Shown here: positions 6,494 to 11,097 of the stretch, piece after piece | Layout: each line of letters begins with the position of its first letter | How positions within the stretch are numbered: position 1 is the stretch's first letter | Assembly: GCA_048497895.1 (NCBI GenBank) | Contig: JBEHZA010000133.1 | Location: forward strand, 1 to 11,097 | DNA length: 11,097 bases | Source of the DNA: Verrucomicrobiota bacterium | Lineage (GTDB): Bacteria > Verrucomicrobiota > Verrucomicrobiia > Limisphaerales > JBEHZA01 | Direction of reading: 5' to 3' | Notes under the pieces: model-generated | What the model was told of the DNA's origin: nothing | Database searches by the model: none | The model's input: only the letters and a program-made list of their open reading frames with translations | Translations under genes and position numbers: made by a program

Positions 6494-7462
6494 TTAAGCC
6501 GCTGCTTTAATCAGCGATTGTCGCAGCAAAGTTTCATAAGCGGCAATCAGTGTTTTGGTTCGTTCCTCGGCCAGTTGCTGAATTTCCCGGCCATACGTGG
6601 CAAAGCGATCCGGATGACATTCTTTCAGCCGCTTGCGATAAGCGGTTTTTAATTCCGCTTCGGAAACGCCGGGCGCTACCCCTAACAATTCATACTCCGC
6701 ATGAAACGCCGGTTTTGGCGGAACGTGCCAGGCCGCTTCCGGCTCCGGTTGCTCCTGCCATTGCGAAGCCCGGGGTGGCGGTTCTTCTTCGTAACCCTCG
6801 ACACCCGGCAACCAGGCCCACAATTCCTGGCGAAACTCATCGGTCAGGCTAACTCCGGCCGGATGGCTGGTCAGAAAAACGATACCCTCAATATCACGCA
6901 ACTGTGGGAAAATTTTGACCGCATTATATTCCGGCACCAGGCGCGCCAATTGAATAAAGGAAACCCGATGACCGCGGCGCATTAATATTTCTACAATCCG
7001 GGCGATGGCCGGAATGTTCAACGACCAGAGACGAACTGCTCTGCGCATGGAAAGAATGGCGGCGTTGATCAGCCACGGTCCAGCGAACACCAGACTGGCG
7101 ACAAATTCAGTCTTGGCCTCCTGCTCCCTGGGGAGACGCCCAATAAACTGCGGAACGAGCCTGGCATTGCCGTAAAACAGGAGACCCAAAATGATCAAGG
7201 TCACTACGGAAGCGATCCATGGTTCCGCCGTCGTCCAGGTGCCATCGAACAATTGTTTGATGGAAGCCGGTGAACATCCCAGGGGAACCAGAAAAAGGGA
7301 AAGATAAGCAAAGTAACCGAACATTACGATCATTCCCAGGGTCAGGAAAATCGCTGCCAAAACCAAATGCCAGGCACCCTGCGAGTACGTTCTTTTGCGC
7401 AACCAACCCACGACGTCAGCAAGACGTCGGTCAGCCGGGGTGATGGCTGCAAACGGACGCAT
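6494..7462 (-). CDS. Membrane-anchored J-domain (DnaJ-like) protein with DjlA-like topology
   Basis: 322 aa with an ATG start. The N-terminal half has about 3 TM helices (WHLVLAAIFLTLGMIVMFGYFAYLSLFLV, IASVVTLIILGLLFYG, FVASLVFAGPWLINAAIL). The middle is a Pro/Glu-rich linker, EEPPPRASQWQEQPEPEAAWHVPPKP. The C-terminus is a J domain with the HPD motif, EYELLGVAPGVSEAELKTAYRKRLKECHPDRFA, at roughly 6608..6616. Confidence 0.8.
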   Translation of the reverse strand: MRPFAAITPADRRLADVVGWLRKRTYSQGAWHLVLAAIFLTLGMIVMFGYFAYLSLFLVPLGCSPASIKQLFDGTWTTAEPWIASVVTLIILGLLFYGNARLVPQFIGRLPREQEAKTEFVASLVFAGPWLINAAILSMRRAVRLWSLNIPAIARIVEILMRRGHRVSFIQLARLVPEYNAVKIFPQLRDIEGIVFLTSHPAGVSLTDEFRQELWAWLPGVEGYEEEPPPRASQWQEQPEPEAAWHVPPKPAFHAEYELLGVAPGVSEAELKTAYRKRLKECHPDRFATYGREIQQLAEERTKTLIAAYETLLRQSLIKAAA

Positions 7463-7500
7463 AAAATGATCTTAACACTGCCACGGTCCGGTCACAACAA

Positions 7501-7535
7501 ATCACGCCGCGATCCATAATACTCGCGACCGTGAT
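7501..7535 (-). other. Imperfect stem-loop in the 85-bp gap between floT and the J-domain gene
   Basis: ATCACG (7501..7506) pairs with CGTGAT (7530..7535), and GCGA (7509..7512) pairs with TCGC (7523..7526), around a 10-nt loop. No clean U-tract follows. Confidence 0.2.
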
Positions 7536-7547
7536 TCGTTTCCTGAT

Positions 7548-9113
7548 TTATGATTTCGGCGGTTCTTCTTTCCCCATCGCTCTTTTCAAGGCGGGCACTT
7601 GTTCCAATAACCGCTCGAATTTGACGCCGGTAAGACTTTCCAACACCGGGGGCAATTGACTGATGATCTGCGTAACATCGCCGGTCAGCTTGCTCGCCCC
7701 GCCACCAGGTCCGTTGCCGCTGTTGATGACGACCATCTTCTCCATTTTGGACAATGGCTCGCTGATCTTGCCTGCCACTTCCGGCAGCACGCGCACGATC
7801 ATTTCGATCACAGCAGCTTCGTTGTATTGCTTGAACGATTCGGCTTTTTGCTTCATCGCTTCGGCTTGGGCGGTTCCTTGCGCTTCGATCACGGCGGCTT
7901 CGGCCAGACCTCGCGCCTTGTTGGCTTCGGCTTCCGCCAAACCGCGGGCTTTATTCGCTTCGGCTTCGGCAATACCAGTGGCTTTCGCCACTTCTGCCGC
8001 AGCAAAACCGGTCGCTTTGGACGCGTTGGCGGCACCCGTGGCTTCCATTTCCAATTGGAACTTGCGGGCATTGGCCTGTGTTTCCACTTTGTAGCGTTCC
8101 GCATCAGCCGGTTTCTGCACGTTGGCTTCGAGTTCCTTTTGCTTGCGGAGAATTTCCTGTTGTTGCAGTTCGATCTGCTTCTGCTTCTCGATGATGCTGA
8201 CCTGCACTTCTTCCGCTTTCACCAATTGACCGGTCTTGAATTTCTGCAAATCGTAAGCCAAGTCTGCTTCGGCTTTCTTCTGATTCACCGCCGCTTGATA
8301 TTGAGCGACGTTCGATTGGTAATCACGTTGAGCTTCCGCAATCCGTGTGTCCGCCACAAATTTGGCTTCCTGCCCGGCCTGAGTGGCCTGGGCAGAACGG
8401 ATCATAGCATCGCGGTCGGCTTCGGCCTGAGCGATCTGGGCATCCCGTTTGACCTGAGCAATCCGCGGTTTACCGAGCGCATCGAGATAACCCTGCCCGT
8501 CGCGAATGTCACGAATGGTAAAACTGACAATACTCAAGCCCATGTTCGCCATGTCACCAGCAGCCACTTCCTGCACCTTGGATGCGAAAGCATCGCGATT
8601 CTGGTAAATTTCCTCCACCGTCATCGTGCCAAGAATGGCTCGCAGATGGCCTTCCAGCGTTTGCATGGCGATGTTCTTAATGTCTTCAGTCCCTTTGCTA
8701 AGAAACTGTTCCGCAGCAGTAGAAATGGAGACGTCGTCCCCTTTGACTTTGATCTGAGCTACGCCATCCACTTTAACGGGCACGCCTTTACTCGTGTAAA
8801 CTTCCGGCGTCTGGACGTCGATCGTCAGCAATTCCAGAGACAGCACGTCCACTTTTTCCAGAATGGGATAAACAAATGTGCCTGCGCCCTTCACCACGCG
8901 GAATCCGCGCGGCACCACATTTCCATCAGGATCAACATAACTATGCTTTCGCCCGGAAATGATCAGGACTTCGTTGGGTCCCACCTTGGTATATCGACTC
9001 AAAACCACTGAAAATAAAACCAGGAAAATCAAAGCCCCGATCACAGCGGCCAGAACCCCCATGCCGTGACCTTCAAGCAGGGACGATTGCGCGAACATAG
9101 GAATAAGCATCAT
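7548..9113 (-). CDS. floT: Flotillin (SPFH/band-7 family, FloT/YqiK type)
   Basis: 521 aa. It has an N-terminal TM (GVLAAVIGALIFLVLFSVVL) and an SPFH core (GTFVYPILEKVDVLSLELLTIDVQTPEVYTSKGVPV...LEGHLRAILGTMTVEEIYQNRDAFASKVQEVAAGDMANMGLSIVSFTIRDIRDGQGYLDALGKPRIAQVKRDAQIAQAEAD). The coiled-coil region carries EA repeats (AEAEANKARGLAEAEANKARGLAEA), and there is a C-terminal flotillin tail. It is recognisably similar along its length to Bacillus subtilis FloT, from memory. It is preceded by an NfeD gene, which is the classic arrangement. Confidence 0.9.
   Translation of the reverse strand: MMLIPMFAQSSLLEGHGMGVLAAVIGALIFLVLFSVVLSRYTKVGPNEVLIISGRKHSYVDPDGNVVPRGFRVVKGAGTFVYPILEKVDVLSLELLTIDVQTPEVYTSKGVPVKVDGVAQIKVKGDDVSISTAAEQFLSKGTEDIKNIAMQTLEGHLRAILGTMTVEEIYQNRDAFASKVQEVAAGDMANMGLSIVSFTIRDIRDGQGYLDALGKPRIAQVKRDAQIAQAEADRDAMIRSAQATQAGQEAKFVADTRIAEAQRDYQSNVAQYQAAVNQKKAEADLAYDLQKFKTGQLVKAEEVQVSIIEKQKQIELQQQEILRKQKELEANVQKPADAERYKVETQANARKFQLEMEATGAANASKATGFAAAEVAKATGIAEAEANKARGLAEAEANKARGLAEAAVIEAQGTAQAEAMKQKAESFKQYNEAAVIEMIVRVLPEVAGKISEPLSKMEKMVVINSGNGPGGGASKLTGDVTQIISQLPPVLESLTGVKFERLLEQVPALKRAMGKEEPPKS
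7896..7970. repeat. Intragenic tandem 33-bp repeat: 2 copies plus a partial third at ~79% nucleotide identity, encoding AEAEANKARGL x2 of flotillin
   Basis: Unit A is 7896..7928 (ggcttcggccagacctcgcgccttgttggcttc). Unit B is 7929..7961 (ggcttccgccaaaccgcgggctttattcgcttc), with 26 of 33 identities and the differences mostly synonymous. A partial third unit, ggcttcggc, follows. Confidence 0.7.
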
Positions 9114-9141
9114 AAACAGGTTTTCTTTAAGTTAAAATTCA

Positions 9142-9699
9142 TCACGCGAGGTTCACGTAAAATTGCGATCCGACGATCCGGGTTATTTTGACCGTCTTGC
9201 CGTTCCCGACCGGCAAGCCATTCTCTTCGCGCGCTGGCGCAGTATAACGCGAACCGCCTTGCACATAAGCAATCTCCCCCACTCCATTCTCGGGTATCGG
9301 CGTGATCACGGTGGCATTCATGCCAATAAGTGTGCCCACCTTGGATTCACTGGAGCCCTGGGTAATTTTAAAAAGTTTGTTCAGCAAAGCCAGCACCACG
9401 TAGGACACCCCAAAAGCGCTGACAATCGCCAAGGGGGCACTCAACCAGGGCGCTCTGGTTGCGGGTATTTCACGGAAAATGATCCCGAATACTCCAAACG
9501 CAGATACAAAGATGGCAATCACTGTTGGGCTGAAAGCTGAAACTCCCGGAGAATCACTGCCATCAGCTCCTGCTTCAGCATGGCCGCCACTGCCACCCAC
9601 GTGGCCATCACCGTGGCCAAAAACATGCCCGGCGATAGCACTATACAGGGTAAAAACGAGCCCCACAGTCAGACAGACGATGTAGATGAGAAAATCCAT
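9142..9699 (-). CDS. nfeD: NfeD-family membrane protein (short form, YuaF/YqiJ-like), the flotillin partner
   Basis: 185 aa. It has TM helices (LIYIVCLTVGLVFTLYSAIAG, VIAIFVSAFGVFGIIF, LAIVSAFGVSYVVLALL). The C-terminal OB-fold-like segment is KVGTLIGMNATVITPIPENGVGEIAYVQGGSRYTAPAREENGLPVGNGKTVKITRIVGSQFYVNL. The stop lies 28 bp upstream of the floT start on the same strand. There is an unusual His/Gly-rich loop between TM1 and TM2, GHVFGHGDGHVGGSGGHAEAGADGSDSPG. Confidence 0.8.
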   Translation of the reverse strand: MDFLIYIVCLTVGLVFTLYSAIAGHVFGHGDGHVGGSGGHAEAGADGSDSPGVSAFSPTVIAIFVSAFGVFGIIFREIPATRAPWLSAPLAIVSAFGVSYVVLALLNKLFKITQGSSESKVGTLIGMNATVITPIPENGVGEIAYVQGGSRYTAPAREENGLPVGNGKTVKITRIVGSQFYVNLA

Positions 9700-9726
9700 A
9701 AAAACCGCCCATTTTGATCTGCGCTA

Positions 9727-9754
9727 ACTCTATTTCATTCCTTGTTCCCAGCAA
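9727..9754 (-). promoter_or_regulatory. Candidate sigma70-like promoter for the nfeD-floT cluster (TTGCTG -16 nt- TAGAGT on the minus strand)
   Basis: Minus-strand reading gives TTGCTGggaacaaggaatgaaaTAGAGTtagcgcag, about 30 nt upstream of the nfeD ATG. Both hexamers are weak matches, 4 of 6 each. This is pattern matching only. Confidence 0.15.
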
Positions 9755-9928
9755 GGAAATTATCACCTTTTCCGCACCTCCATGGCGTCTGCGACCCCAT
9801 TAAATCCGCTGCCCAAACGCACATCCTTTTTCTTACGGTGGACAGCATGCCTTTCCCGTTCACGAAAATCATTTATAAAAAGGGCCGCTGTTTATAACTC
9901 ATGGACAATCCGGTTTCGCAGCCTTTCC

Positions 9929-9943
9929 AGCAGATTTTCTGCT
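9929..9943. promoter_or_regulatory. Perfect 15-bp dyad AGCAGA-ttt-TCTGCT about 50 bp upstream of the HTH regulator gene; candidate operator
   Basis: The half-sites are exact reverse complements, and the flanking bases break the symmetry. It is located in the divergent intergenic region between nfeD and the CII-like gene. Confidence 0.25.
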
Positions 9944-9995
9944 CCCCTTTCATTACGGACTTCCGTTTTTTGGAGTGCGGGCTATAGTCCCGCGC

Positions 9996-10487
9996 ATGAC
10001 TTCCCACGAGTTGTTGCGCGAGGTGTTTGACAAGGTACCGCCGAAACAGGTGGCGGATACCATGGGGCTTTCTCTTTCGATGATTTATAAATGGGCCGAG
10101 CCACCTACGGAAGGCGGCAGCGGCACGGTGAATCCACTCGACCGGATTGATTCCCTGATGCAATGCACGAAAGATGAGCGGCTGCCCCAATGGATTTGCG
10201 AACGCGGCGGCGGCTTCTTCATCAAGAATCCCAAAGCCAACTGGCCACATCCGTATCACGTCATTCCGGCCACCAACCGGATCGTGCAGGAATTCGCCGA
10301 CCTGCTCGCGGTCATTGCGACGGCAGCAGCGGACAATCATATTACCCGCGAGGAAGCCCGTCAGATCCGCACGCGCTGGGAGGAATTGAAATCCGTTACC
10401 GAAGGCTTTGTCCACTGCTGCGAAGAAGGCAACTTCACAGATATCAAGAAAGAAGCCGAACTCGTTAACGCGAAGAAAATGACGTAA
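9996..10487 (+). CDS. HTH DNA-binding regulator resembling phage CII-type (Phage_CP76/PF06892-like) regulators; the function is tentative
   Basis: 163 aa from the ATG at 9996 (MTSHELLREVFDKVPPKQVADTMGLSLSMIYKWAEPPTEGGSG...); the track ORF starts at GTG 9975. There is a clear helix-turn-helix, KQVADTMGLSLSMIYKW. The later conserved-looking segment AADNHITREEARQIRTRWEELKS resembles the D-x-IS/T-x-x-E segment of CII/CP76-family proteins, as I recall them. The TAA stop at 10485..10487 directly abuts the stop of the convergent gene. Confidence 0.5.
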   Translation: MTSHELLREVFDKVPPKQVADTMGLSLSMIYKWAEPPTEGGSGTVNPLDRIDSLMQCTKDERLPQWICERGGGFFIKNPKANWPHPYHVIPATNRIVQEFADLLAVIATAAADNHITREEARQIRTRWEELKSVTEGFVHCCEEGNFTDIKKEAELVNAKKMT

Positions 10488-11081
10488 TCAATCCCGCTGC
10501 GGCAGGTGGCGGTCACGGTCAAACGACGGAACTTCGTGTGGCGGGATATTGTCTCCCGGATAACGTTGCGCCCAATCCTGCCGTTCCACCTCATCGGCGT
10601 AAAACTTCAGATACAGCCGATTATCCTCCTCACTGCCGGTTCCGAGCAGGTCGATAGTCCAGGTACCGTTGGGATCAGCAGACATATCCACTATCTCTTC
10701 CCGCAAAATATCGGTAACCAGCCGGGTGTATAACTCCCGGTCACTAAGATGATTGGTGTGGTAAAAGAACACCCGCAGCAGGGCCAGCGCTTCAAACATC
10801 TCCTGAAGTTTAGCCGTTAACGCACCATCGTCCAATTCATCCGGGGAAGGCAGTTTTATCCCAACTTTAGTCAGTTGCTCGACGTGCGTAGTCCATTCCC
10901 CTTTTTCGTAGGCGAGCACATGCTCCAGAAATTGCTCCATCACTTCGGGAGGACAATCCGGGTTGCCACCGGTGACCATTTGTCCGCCGGATAATTCGTT
11001 GATCTCCTCCCGCAACTGGTTGATGCGGATTTCCCGATCCACCTGTTCCAGGTTCAAGGGGTCATTTTCCTCGTAGGACAT
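10488..11081 (-). CDS. Hypothetical acidic cytoplasmic protein (no domain recognised)
   Basis: 197 aa with an ATG start at complement(11079..11081) and a TGA stop at complement(10488..10490). It has no TM segments and is rich in D/E, MSYEENDPLNLEQVDREIRINQLREEINELSGG...EDNRLYLKFYADEVERQDWAQRYPGDNIPPHEVPSFDRDRH. The long clean ORF and coding-like composition support it as a real gene. Confidence 0.6.
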   Translation of the reverse strand: MSYEENDPLNLEQVDREIRINQLREEINELSGGQMVTGGNPDCPPEVMEQFLEHVLAYEKGEWTTHVEQLTKVGIKLPSPDELDDGALTAKLQEMFEALALLRVFFYHTNHLSDRELYTRLVTDILREEIVDMSADPNGTWTIDLLGTGSEEDNRLYLKFYADEVERQDWAQRYPGDNIPPHEVPSFDRDRHLPQRD

Positions 11082-11097
11082 AGCGTGACGACGTTTG

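Noticed and set aside
7656-9011. 451-aa + strand ORF antisense to flotillin
   Set aside because: Its composition is Arg/Phe/Gly/Leu-rich and low in complexity, for example FGFGNTSGFRHF... and LLLLLDDADLHFF. It is a typical antisense shadow of a GC-rich, repeat-containing gene. The minus-strand product has unmistakable flotillin similarity.
1-11097. Looked for CRISPR arrays, rRNA, IS elements or transposase, and integrase/att signatures
   Set aside because: There are no regularly spaced direct repeats. No translation shows transposase or integrase motifs. There are no rRNA-like conserved stretches. The only phage-flavoured element is the CII-like HTH gene, and the prophage context cannot be judged inside this window.

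Overview
This window is chromosomal-looking DNA of roughly 55% GC that is densely packed with genes; I support 12 protein-coding genes and found no rRNA, tRNA, CRISPR array or obvious transposase. The domain repertoire points to a Planctomycetes/Verrucomicrobia-type (PVC) genome; this is inference only. The notable domains are DUF4339/GYF-like, fused MFS/spermidine synthase, Gfo/Idh/MocA, and a FloT-type flotillin. From the window start, the genes are: a partial Gfo/Idh/MocA oxidoreductase (-), a pair of ABC-2 family permeases (-) with no adjacent ATPase, and a fused MFS/spermidine-synthase-like membrane protein (+). Next comes a secreted esterase-family hydrolase (-). A same-strand cluster follows that reads, on the minus strand, nfeD -> floT (flotillin) -> membrane-anchored J-domain protein -> beta-carbonic anhydrase fused to a C-terminal DUF4339/GYF-like domain. 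A 31-bp perfect inverted repeat lies between this cluster and the esterase gene. The window ends with a convergent pair whose stop codons abut: a phage-CII-like HTH regulator (+) and an acidic protein of unknown function (-). Three things look most worth following up. The first is the extended flotillin cluster that carries a membrane J-protein and a CA-GYF fusion. The second is the long nested palindrome placed 5 nt after the CA stop codon. The third is the CII-like/unknown gene pair at the window end. Every call rests on my reading of the translations, with no database searches.
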